The translations under genes were made by a program, and so were the position numbers. The notes under the pieces are model-generated. The model was not told the DNA's origin. It made no database searches and worked only from the letters and a program-made list of their open reading frames with translations. From Cycas panzhihuaensis (lineage: Eukaryota > Plantae > Cycadophyta), in the NCBI GenBank assembly GCA_023213395.1, contig CM041465.1:182783741-182847740 (forward strand): DNA of 64,000 nt, in the 5' to 3' direction. Shown piece after piece: positions 25,550 to 37,169 of this stretch. Position 1 is the stretch's first letter; every line of letters starts with the position of its first letter.

Positions 25550-28500
25550 GATGATGATGATGGATGAGACCAAGTAAAAACAATCTGGAATCCTATTCTA
25601 TACCACCCATAGTAGAAGTTAAGTCACGTCGTGATAGAGGAGAACATTGGGAAAGAGAAAGACTCTAAGCAAGAATATGTAGACCCAAATTTGTAATCAC
25701 ACCAAGGAAGTAGGTGAAGAGACAACCATCTGTACATTTAATGGAGAAGATAAAGTTGAAAAATAAGGATGAAGTGAAGGAGTAAGATTTGGGCATGGCT
25801 GAGATACAGGCAAAAGATGAAATTGATTAGAGGTATGCAAAAGAAGAGGATCCTGTAAAAGAAGTACAACTAATAAACACTAACAAAAATAATCAACAAG
25901 ATTTTATGGAAGGAGAAAATCTACAAAAAGAGGGAATATTAATGCAAGAAGAAAATTCCATCAAGTTGGGGATATATAGTGTAGCAGAACAAGCTTGGAA
26001 TCATCATTTGTTGGAAATTTGAACTCTAAGCCATATAATAAATCCCCTTTTCAAACTACTAATAACAAGTCCAGGCAGTAGTATAAGAGGCGTAACAGGT
26101 AGTAATGCACAAACTATAAGAGGATAAAGTAGGGTATTAGGTGGAGGAAATAAAGTAAGTATAACCCCATATATTGTGGTGCAAAGTGATTTAATGTTCT
26201 CATGCTCCAATTTGATGGAACCATAGATCTAGACAATCATCTGGCGTTATTTAAAAACATGATCTCAATCAAAAATATTTTAGACAAGGAAGAAATAAAA
26301 GCCCAATTTTTTTCAACATTGAGGGGACCCATAGCAGTATGGTTCCATTATATAATAGCACAATAATTGAATTGGGATCAATTGTAGAACCAATTTTTGA
26401 ATTGATTTCAAAAATTAAGAGATCTAATGGCCATCTTACAAGCTTTGGAACAAATTTGACAGTATCCTGGGGAGTCTATCAATGATTTTGATGGAAGAAT
26501 ACAAGTTATTATGAACAAAATGTAGTCATGATAGTAATCAATCCTATGTTAGTAATGAAGTACTTTATACAAGGATTGATACCCCAACTTAGAGATAAAG
26601 TAATGCTACATCTGATGAACAATTATAAGCAAGTGAGGGAGTTAGAACTGAAATTCAAAAACTAAATGAAATTAGCTTATTGCCAAATGGTGACACAACC
26701 CTCAATATATTTTCTGATAATGGGCATAACAATGCAACCAATACAAATGCCACATATGGGTACTAACCTAAAAATTGAAGACTTGAAGAAAGAAGTAGAA
26801 GTATTAAAGTAGTAATATGCAGCTTCTTTCCCTAATAATATACAACATAATCAGGAGCTAGAGAAGCTACACACAGAATTATCACATTTGTGACTTGAAA
26901 ATCGAGGGAAAATATTTGGTGTCCTCCACTTTGTAATTAGTAAGAGCATTTGAAAAATGATCATGGAGGATTGACAAAATGATGTAACAATTACCAAAAG
27001 AATAATCATAACACATGGGAATGTTATTTCAGGCCTAAGAATAATGAAGGAAAATTTCATAATGTATATTCATAAAAAATAGAACGTGGAATCTCAAAGC
27101 AATACAAGGGGAAGACAAGACTGATTTGTTATTTCTTATGTCGGAGATAAGGATATTATAGATCAGAGTGTTTATTAGAAAATAAATGAGAATAATATAT
27201 CTATGAGGAATGTGGACCAATAGATCATAAATGGCCAAATTACCCAAAGAACAATAAAGTTCAAAGTGTTAATTTGGTTGACATTGTTTTAGATCAGGAA
27301 AAGTCAGCATTTTGTAAACACATGGTGGCAAATCAATAGGATCTCCTCCCCTTAAAGATAATTTCGTAGATCCAATAATGGAGAAGCAACAATTATAGGA
27401 AGTAATCAAAATTCTTCAATATGCCATGCAAGAAGTTCAACAAAAAGAGTCACAATAAGGAAGATTCAAAGGTTTGCATGACAAAAGGAGAACAACACAA
27501 CCATAAGAAGGTATGAATCCTTAGCAATGGTTGGAAACTATAAAGGATATACTTACTGAATTAGAAGTGTCAATCCCTATATCAATAGTTTTTAAGTGGT
27601 GGGAAGCAGGGTACTTCCAGCAATTGGTATTAGATCAAATTGAAAAACTAGTACTCAGAGCCATAAAAGATATGGGAGTGGACCTTAGAGTCTTAATGAT
27701 GGTTTTTAGAACAACTTTATGTAGAACTATTATGGACAAGGGCTCAAGAGTAAATGTGTTACTTGAATCCTCATGGATAGTTTTGGGAAGGCCAATGCAA
27801 TTGTCCTAGATTATTCTATTAGATTAACCAATCAATTACAAGTAAGTCCCATGGGAACACTATTAAATATTTTAGTAATAGTTGCAAAAGTAACTGTATT
27901 ATTGGATTTTGTAGTAATTCAAATGTAGGATCAAAGGAAGACTTATCCAACCTTGTTAAGAAGACCTTGGTTATTGGCTATAAAGGAAATTCATGATTAG
28001 GAGAGACATACATTTACCCTTATAGCATGAGAGAAGACAATGACCTTTCTATTATGCTTGGATAGGCCAAAGATAGAAAATATTAAAGATCCCGGCAATG
28101 CCTCATCTACAATAGCAACCATAGAATCTATAGTGAGTCCTTGTTCTGAAATAACTTTTGAAATGCAACCAATGTTACTAAACAACCCTTCATCATCCTA
28201 CATGCTAAATTGGCTACATAATACCTGGGAATAAATAGAACCAGTTTTATGCTATCATTTGGAGTACTACATAGATTCTTCAGAAGAAGAGAATGAAGAA
28301 AAAATATAATTAGAGTCACCTTAAATAGAAAAAAATGTACATGAAAAAATTACTTCCATAGTTTGTGAACTACTTAAATATAATGGTGACCCAAAATAAG
28401 CAAAAAATCATCTATGACAATGTACTAAAATAATGAAGAATAAATGGTAACAACAATTTTGGTATCTTATGTTTCCCTGTTCTTTGATAGGACAAGCTTG

Positions 28501-31500
28501 GATTTGGTATGACACATATATACAAAAGTTTAATTCTTGACAAGAAATGAGATTTTTTTTTTAATAAGATTTCAAAAGAATGAAGTTATTTCATTTTGGA
28601 ATGGGGATGATCCATATTTACATGTGCAAAAGAGAGTTCAGAAATGGATAGCATAAGAAATTCAAAAAAAGGATTAGACTCAATATTAGGGGGTAAGATT
28701 TAAAGGAATTTCCACAGTTGGGTATAATTCTTATGAAAGAATAAAAATGATAGAATGGGATGTGATAGTGGAAAATTTTTATCAGACTTTCACGTATCAT
28801 AGTCCAAGTAAACACATTGAAGAAATTTTACAAAAATTAAAGGAAAGAACCTTAGAAAAAAAGAACATTATTTTCAAATTAAAATAAAAGAGAGAATTTT
28901 GCAGGAACAACAAATCACACCACCCAATTATTCTGCATTGGAATATGGAGACTGTAGCATAGATACTATGCTACCATATACATTAAGCCCAAATGGCAAA
29001 ACAATGCAAAGGGAAAAACTGAAGACGAAGGAAATCAACATCGAGATAGAAAAGCAACCCCAAATGATCACCTTGGGTGATTATTGGAAGGAGGAAACAG
29101 TGCAATAAGTTACCTCACTATTCTTAGAATACAAGGATATGTTTACTTGGTCCTATAAGGATTTGAAAGGTATTCCACCAGAGTTGAGTGAGCATAAAAT
29201 CGATCTAATAGAGGGAGCTAAACTGGTAAGGCAAATGCCATACTGTATGAATCCAAAGTATAAGGAGAAAGTTAAAGTTGAGTTTGATAAGTTATTAGAA
29301 GCGGATTATATTTTTGAAGTTGAAAACAATGAATGGGTAAGTCCCATTGTAGTTGTCCCTAGGAAAAATGGGAAGCTTAGAGTTTGCATAGACTACAGAG
29401 CTTTAAACAATGCCACTAAAAAGGATCCATTTCCAATTCCTTTTATTAAAGATATTTTAGAAAAAGTGGTAGGATATGAGATGTACTCATTTACTGATAG
29501 ATTCAATGGGTATAATCAAGTCTGGACTGCACTCAAAGATCAATTAAAGATAATCTTCATTGCAGAATAGGGGACGTATACATTTGGAGTAATGCCATTC
29601 AGATTAATGAATGCCCCTACAACGTTTTGGAGAGTAATTCTTAATATCTTTAAATAAACAATAGGAAAAATAATTAAGGTATTTCTAGATGATTGGATGT
29701 TATTTACTTTATTAAAAGATTATCTTGATTATTTACGTTTGATGCTAGAAACATGTAGAAAAAATAATTTATATTTGAATCCTGTAAAATGCACTTTTAT
29801 GGTACCGGTTAGGACCTTATTAGGTCATGTGGTAATAAAAAAAGGATTGCTCATAGATCTAAATAAAGTAGCAGTGATTTTAAATTTTCTAGTGCCAAAA
29901 ATACAAAAGCAAGTTAAAGGATTTTTAGGGATGATAGGGTACTAATGAAAATTTATAGAACAATATGCTCAGATAACTAACCCCTTAGAAATCTTGTTAA
30001 AAAAGAAGACTGAATGGTAATGGTAACTATAATAGTAGTTGGTGTTTGAATTATTGAAAAGAATGATAGCCCAAGCACCAATCCTTAAATTTCCAGATTG
30101 GGATAAGCCCTTTCATATACATATAGATGACTCTTTGTTTATTATTGGACGCATATTAATACATCTAGAAGATGATAAAACTGACCTGTTGATTTATTTT
30201 GCAAGCTAGAAATTAACAGAGGCTAAAAAAAATTACTTAGTAACAAAACAAGAAGGGTTGGACATGGTTTATGCTCTCTAGAAATTCAAACACTACTTAT
30301 TGGCTAATCTGTTTATTTTTTTTGTAGATCATCAAGCTCTTCAGTATTTAATCAATAAGCCTATAGTCCAAGGGAGAATCAACATGTGGCTTATGTTGTT
30401 CTAGGAGTTTAATTATAAGATCATCATCAAGAAAGGAGTCAAGCATACAATCCTAAACTTATTATTGAGAGAAGCAGATAGGGAACCAACAATAGGAATC
30501 CAGGATGATTTTTCAGATGTATAATTATTCTATATCTAACTAGCACCTAAATGGTATGAGGATATAATATAGTATCTAGTAGCGAGACAAACATCACGAG
30601 GGATGGAATGCGTTAAATGACAAAGCTTCATCAAGAAAACTTTCCCCTTCCAACTAATCCAAGGAATGTTATATAGGATGGGAGTCGATCAAGCCCTAAG
30701 GAGATGTACAATGAAGCATGAAGTGGAAGCTATCATCAGAGAAGCCCATGAAGGAGTGACAACAAGACATTAAGATATTAAATTAACAAGTAAGAAAATT
30801 TTATTGGTAGGACTCTAGTGGCCTACAATTTTTGAAGATGTACAAAAATGGGTCCATAGCTATGATGCATGCTAGTGAGTAGGGAAGCTAGTAAATACTT
30901 ATTTTATACCCTTGTGTCCCATATTGGCTTAAGCTCCATTTGAAAAATAGGGATTGGATTTTGTCGAACCTATCAGTCCACCAGCCAAGCATATAAATAC
31001 AAGGTACATTATAGTTGCTACTAATTTTTTGACAAAATAGACTGAAGCAAAAGTAAGAAGGATGTGTGATGCTCAAAGTACAATCCTATTTTTATACGAA
31101 ATGATAATTATCTAGTTTGGATGCCCATTAGAAATTATTTTTTATTAGGGAAGCAACATCCTCAATGAAACAATAAAACATATTACATAAGAATTTTTGA
31201 CTCAACATTCAAAGTCTTCCCCATACTATCCACGAGTTAATGGGCAAGTGGAAAGCACAAACAAAATTTTAAAACTAGCATTATCTAAAATCTATAATCA
31301 AGAATGAACAGAATAGGCAGAATAACTTCACTCTATTCTATGGGATGATAGGATAGTAATAAAAAGGCCCCACAAACAAACTCTATTCCAGTTAGTCTAA
31401 TGATTAGAGGCCATACTTCCTTTAGAATTCTAAACAAAAATTTTGAGAGTGGTGTCTGAGTTACAATTATATGAGAATAATTCATAAAACCAATGATATG

Positions 31501-31800
31501 TAGATTTAATAAAACTAGATGAAAACTAGGTAAGGGCATTGTAGGAACTGAAAGTAGAAAAGATGAGACAAAAGTGTGGCATGATCGATATCTTAAAGTC
31601 ATATAGTTTTAAGAAGGATATCTTGTACTTCTTTATGATTGTAAGTTTCAAATAAAACTTGGATAATTATAGTTGTAGTGGCTTGGTCCATATAAGGTGA
31701 ACCAAATCCAATAAAATAGAGTAGTATGACTCCAATAACTTGATGGAACATTGATAAAAAAACCTGCCAACAGAAGTTAAATGAAATGGTATATAATAAG
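25550..31800 (+). pseudogene. B2 gag-pol (disrupted; approximate bounds)
   Basis: QFDGTIDLDNHLALFKN gag, IMDKGSRVNVL protease, FTWSYKDLKGIPPELSEHKIDL and RVCIDYRALN RT, RNase H and integrase motifs. Confidence 0.92.
28370..28800 (+). other. Two tandem Gag capsid-NTD-like modules inside B2 pol
   Basis: KYNGDPK*AKNH...YLMFPCSLIGQAWIWYD...S*QEM...RF, then FWNGDDPYLHV...FKGISTVGYN...EWDVIVENFYQTF. Confidence 0.72.
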
Positions 31801-31983
31801 TAAGAAAAAAAAAGAGGATAGGAACCATGGGAATAGAATTTCCTTTATAACTTCAAAATATGGATGCAAAATATTGCAACTAATGAATAGAACAATTGCA
31901 ACCCAAGATGCAAAAGATTATAACCAAGAAGGAAGAATAATTACAAATTGATATGTAGAAGGTTACAACTAAGAAAGGAGGTA

Positions 31984-32790
31984 AGTTGTAACCTGGATGC
32001 AAAGTGGTTGCAACTTGGATGTAAGCGATAAAAACCTAGACACAAAGCGGTTGTAACTTAGATGCAAAATGGTTGTAACTTAGATGTAAAGCGGTTAAAA
32101 CTTATACATAAAGTGGTTGCAACCTGGACGTAAAATGGTTGTAACCTGGATGCAAAGTGGTTGTAACTTAGATGTTGTAACCTCACTATAAAGTGGTTGT
32201 AACTTGGACGTAAAATGGTTGTAACCTAGATGCAAAGTGGTTATAACTTAGACACAAAGTGGTTGTAACTTGGATGCAAGATAGTTACAACATGGATGTA
32301 AAGTAGTTATAACTTAGACATAAAGTGGTTATAACCTAGATGCAAAGCAATTACAACTTAGATGTAAGATAGTTGCAACCTAGACGCAAGGTGGTTACAA
32401 CTTAGATGCAAACTAGTTGCAACCTAAACGCAAGGTGGTTGCAACTTAGATGTAAACTGGTTGTAACTTGGATGTAAAGTGGTTGCAACCTAGACACAAA
32501 GTGGTTGTAACTTGGATGAAAAATAGTTATAACCTAGATACAAAGTGGTTATGACTTAGATGTAAAGTGGTCTCAACCTAGATGCAAATTGGTTACAGCT
32601 TAGGCGTAAGCAATTGTAACTTGAACATAAGTAAGTTACAACATAGATGTAACCAGTTGTAACCTTGAATATAAATCAGTTACAACTTGGACATAATTAG
32701 TTACAACTTGGATGTAATAGGTTGTAACTCAAACACAAAAAGGTTACAACCCAAGAGGTAAACTGGGTGTAATTTGTATGTAACTAGCTG
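31984..32790 (+). repeat. 22-bp minisatellite between integrase and the extra ORF of B2 (roughly 35 units, fading at both ends)
   Basis: Unit approximately GGTTGCAACCTGGATGCAAAGT, with a palindromic GGTTGCAACC core. Confidence 0.95.
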
Positions 32791-33479
32791 CAATCAAAAC
32801 TTAATTAGGGAGGTGAAATGATAACCATGAAGGTGAAGCAATTGTGACTTGATAAAAGTGAAGAAGTTGCGACTTAAAAGTAGGTTATAGTTAAATAAGC
32901 AAATAAGTTATAATCAGAGAAGTAAGAAGGTTGCAGTCTGGAACACAAAAGGCTACAACTTGTATCAAAATCGATTATAATTTAAATATAGAGGATTGTG
33001 TGACCAGTAATCAAGTTATAAGAAATGGCATAGTTGTAATATAGATGCAGAAAAATCAAGTGCATTGGGAGGAGTCAAGATAGAACACAACTAGGTGTAA
33101 TAAAAGGAAAATGTTATCCTAAGGCATAATAAGGATAACACTCACAAATATAGAAATTTTTGTAGAAAGAAAGATGATTACATTAAATCAAGAAAAAGTA
33201 GAATCAAAGCAAGGGACATTTAATTAATGATGATGATGACAAATCAATAAAAATTGGTAGTCATTCAATTGACACTTATATCAAGACAACACGAGATTTA
33301 ATATGGTGACAAGTGGTCAACATGCGTTAGAGGGAAGAAAAGGTAGTACATTGAGGTTGCAACCGAGTTATTGTAATTATGATTTCAAGTCATGATGGTT
33401 TTGCACAGTCGAGCAGGATACAAGGCAATAAGGTTAAAGATGGAAACTAAGAAAGTTTGGGAATTTTGTCGAAGATTAA

Positions 33480-35180
33480 GATGAAGATGAGTAGATAAAT
33501 ACAGACTAGTTTATGAGAAGTGGACAATGAGGAAATTAGAAATGCATGGTGTAACTTGCCAAAGGAGGATGAGAGAAAAGTTAAATTGAGTAGGATTCAC
33601 ACAATTTGTGCAAGTTAGGTTATTTCCAGTGGCTACAGAATTCGTGATAGAAATGATTCAATTGGTAGCTCATCAACTAGGTCTTTTGGATGTTTTAGTA
33701 AAGGCCATTGCAAAAATTTTAGAATTACCAAATTCTAGTAAAGAAGTACCCAGAGATAAAAGAATTCTATAAGAGCAAACAACAAAGAAGTTGGGTGCAT
33801 AAATCATAGATGTTTCTATATCTAGTATTTGCATTGTTGGTATTACAGATGATTTGATATACTAGGTAGCTAATTTCCTCTTCATCAGAGTGATATTGAG
33901 CTAGAAGAACTTGTTTATACCCACAAAAATGAGATCAATGCTTCTACGGGTAGCAGAAGGAGACAAATTCAACTGGGCATCATTTCTTTCAAGTAGATTT
34001 TTTAAGAAATTACTTAATATTAAGGCAAGACCTCAGTCGGTAGTTTTTTATCATCAAAGTTTGTTCTAAGGGCTACTATATTCATAGTGTCTTAAGTTGG
34101 AGTTACCTGCAACAAAGACAAAACAAGCACTAATGACTGGATGGATTAATCATCTCAGAGAGAAAGGAAAAATTTAGCATGTTGAGAATCAATAAAAAGT
34201 AAAGAAATGATTTTTTAAAAAAGGTTAAGCTAGCAACCTTTAACTGACACTAATAGAGGAAAAGAAGGGGAAATGGCAGTAAGAAGAGATGACTTTGCCA
34301 GTTGATAAACAGAAGAAGAATGAGGAACAAAAAGTTAAAGAGGAGAAAAATAAGGAGGAAATCAAAAAAGGGAAACCAAAGATAGATAATGTGTCGGTAA
34401 AAAAGGAAGTAGAAGAGCACTGACAAACTCTAAAACCTAAAAAGATTGTCAACACTGAAGAGGAAAGAAGAAGGAAAAGAAGAGTTGCTATAGAAAAAGC
34501 AAAAAAAGAGATTTTGGAAATTTTGAACAATCAACCAGTTGAGGTGGACTTTGATTTCAATAATGAAGAATTAACGAAGGAAGGGATTAATCCAATGGAG
34601 TGTCAACCGCACAATATGGTACATTGGAAGATCTCATTCTTGGCCAAAGTTATTTAGCATTTGATTATAAGTCTGGAATAAAAGACCACCACTATATTTG
34701 TAGAGGATCCAAAAAGCGGAAGACTAGTTAGCTGCCTATGAGGCAAAACTAGATTTCTTGATTAAGTTTATCATGTATTGGGTGGAAGACACTTCTCACA
34801 TGGAGCATCTAGTACTAGTTTTTGGGGATTTATTTGAAGAGCAGATTCCACCAGGATTAGAGAAGGTAATTTGAAAATTGGGAGTTTGGATAATATAGAT
34901 GTGAGAAGATGCTGAGTATGCTAATTGTTTTTGGTTAATGATCAACTCCTTGCGATATGACCTACTATTTATGGAGATAAGAAAAAGTGAATTAGAAGAG
35001 GAGATTAAATAGTTGCATTCAGGAGAGAAGCCAATGATGGCTCATTTACAAGCACTACACAATATTGTCATCCTCTACAATCATTATAAAAAGTCAGACA
35101 TAAATCGACCATGTATCTACATGTTTGATCCTCATCGAATTTGCATAGAAATGGAGAAGATTAGAAGGGAACGAGGAAAT
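33480..35180 (+). pseudogene. B2 extra sense ORF downstream of integrase (approximate bounds)
   Basis: FNWASFLS, VFYHQSLF*GLLY, a K/E-rich tract, NNQPVEVDFD...WKISFLAKVI, FIMYWVED; colinear with B1 18600-20400. Confidence 0.72.
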
Positions 35181-35266
35181 TAATTTTTTAATGTATTATT
35201 TTAAATTCTAAAATTTTGTTTTAAATCCTAAAATTTTGGTGCTTACAAGTTTTATGATATGAGAGA

Positions 35267-35634
35267 TGTGGGCAGTTGTATTAGTTGCAACCCAATTAAC
35301 ATAATTAAATGGTTACAACCAACTCGAGCCATAGGTAAATATAAATATAATAGGAATATTGGGATGTAAGTTTTTATGTTTTTAGGGTAGTAGTTATTTT
35401 GGCTATTATTGTATGGAATGAAGTTGTCCACATTTCATACTTTGCTATATTTGTTCTGATGACTATGTGTACTATTCTGGGTTATCTTTGGTTATGAGAG
35501 AACTAGAGTAACCCATCATAATACAATGATAATGGTCCTTATTCTCATAGCATTGTGTCTCTGAATCTTAATGCATGTTGGTATTTCTACTGTTCTTGTG
35601 CCTGTTTCTATATGTATTGAAAGGAGATGGCACA
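35267..35634 (+). repeat. 3' LTR of B2
   Basis: Follows PPT remnant GAGAGA; matches 25153-25522. Confidence 0.9.
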
Positions 35635-35639
35635 CTGTG

Positions 35640-36128
35640 TGTGATTTGCTACACTAATCTCATTAGAATATTGATTTAATGCTATAATTATAGTTGTTTT
35701 ATGTGTTAGTTAATTATCACATATATGGTTGGGAATGATGCTCCATTTTTTTTTATCTATTGGGTTTGAGTGTGGTGTTCCCCTTGATTATTTAATTATG
35801 ATTTTATTGATAATTGCTATGCTATGGTTGAATATTATTTTTATCGTTAACACTTTGATATGGTTGAATGTTGATCTTAGATAAGTTATTGGAATTAAGG
35901 AAAGAACCATACTGGTAATTATTAAGCATCTTTGTACCTTATATTTATTATCTTCTCTAGGTAAGTATTCTATTGTGTATTTATTATTGATTATATTTAC
36001 AAAACAAGTGTATCAAATAGAGTGATACTTGTCTCTTTGAAAGGTTTTTGGTAAACTCCATTAAGGCAAAGTCATAAGCTAGCTTAGATTTTGATATTTT
36101 TGTCATTCTAGCATGGTGAGATAAGATA
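35640..36128 (+). repeat. 3' LTR of A, right part
   Basis: Matches ~2091-2268 and ~2890-3218 of the 5' LTR. Confidence 0.88.
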
Positions 36129-36736
36129 ATAACATGGGTTTTTATGAGACAAATTACTTGAGAGGTATAATTACATTCTTTTAGTGATTCTTATTTGATT
36201 TCTAATGGTTAAAACAAACTTATTTATTATTTAAAATTTATAAAAATTAGTTAACTCATATCTCGTATCATTATTAATAGTTTACTTCTATTATGTGAAT
36301 TTTCATATTAGCATTTATATTTTGTTATTTGATTGTTATCTATTGCCATATATTATAGGGTTTTAATTAATTTCCCAACCTTTATGATTATAGGTTTGAT
36401 TGTTTGAAGTTGTTTCAATATATTATTTTTGACTTTTAATGTGGATTAGTGTTGGTTTATACTTCTAATAGTTTGTTGTAGTTCTAACCTGGTCCTTGTA
36501 AGTATAATATCTAAATTAGATATGGATGATTGAATTTTTCTAATCTCATTTAATTTCTTTGATATTTTGTATCTAACACTTGCCTTGCAAGGTCTCAAGT
36601 TCATTTTCTACTTTGAAATTAATTTCTTATATCATTTTAGTTTCCTAACTTTAAGGGTTGCAAGATTAATCAAACAAATAGTTGTTATTTGATTGTGTGT
36701 TTTCTAATATGTTTTTTTCTGTATCCACATGTAGGT

Positions 36737-37056
36737 TATTAGAGAACACAAAATATATAAGTAACATTATAGGAATTATTTACAAACACATCCGACTTAA
36801 GAGAATGTGTGCACAAGACACCAAATTTGATGTGGGAACCCTTGCGAGAAAAGCTCAACAGAAAATAATATTACATTCATATTTTTGACAAATCTAAGGT
36901 GTTATAGATTACAATGGACTTTAGATCTATATTTATAGATTACAAGTGTCTCAAAGATATGTGAATTACATTCATTGGCTCATTACATAATAATATCAAT
37001 ATTATCTATACTTTATCCATACATTTACATTAATTGATATGTAATATATTCTAACA
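36737..37056 (-). repeat. 3' LTR of D (~320 bp)
   Basis: Colinear with 40411-40660 plus 48642-48711. Confidence 0.9.
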
Positions 37057-37169
37057 TCCATTCTTAATGTAAATGTAGGGTCATGAAGTCTTCCCAAGGG
37101 CTTGGCCTATCTTTATCCTTGCCAATAGATCCCCTCTCAAGGATAACCTCTCCCAATATACACAAATGT

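Larger units (their letters stand above)
25153..35634 (+). mobile_element. Ty3/Gypsy non-chromovirus element B2, full-length and degenerate, relative of B1, inserted in the 3' LTR of A
   Basis: LTRs 25153-25522 and 35267-35634; flanks GTGTG / CTGTG; the A LTR resumes at ~35640; gag-PR-RT-RH-INT order. Confidence 0.92.
895..36128 (+). mobile_element. Ty3/Gypsy chromovirus-type element A, degenerate, host of B1 and B2; the start of its 5' LTR lies outside the window
   Basis: Paired long LTRs (895-3218; 23784-25152 plus 35640-36128), PBS at 3222, PPT at 23771, domain order gag-PR-RT-RH-INT-chromodomain remnant. Confidence 0.9.

Noticed and set aside
25524-25551. tRNA gene fragment
   Set aside because: Only the 3'-end complement next to an LTR, with no cloverleaf; it is a PBS.
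31984-32790. CRISPR-like array of palindromic repeats
   Set aside because: Units are contiguous 22-mers with no unique spacers and no cas genes, inside a eukaryotic retrotransposon; it is a minisatellite.
34240-34530. Hydrophobic F/S/L-rich minus-strand ORFs (also 19303-19577) as membrane proteins
   Set aside because: They are antisense shadows of the K/E-rich tract of the sense extra ORF.
36129-36736. Host intron or promoter between A and D (continues at 48717-48968)
   Set aside because: T-rich with no recognisable exon or motif; it cannot be assigned from sequence alone.
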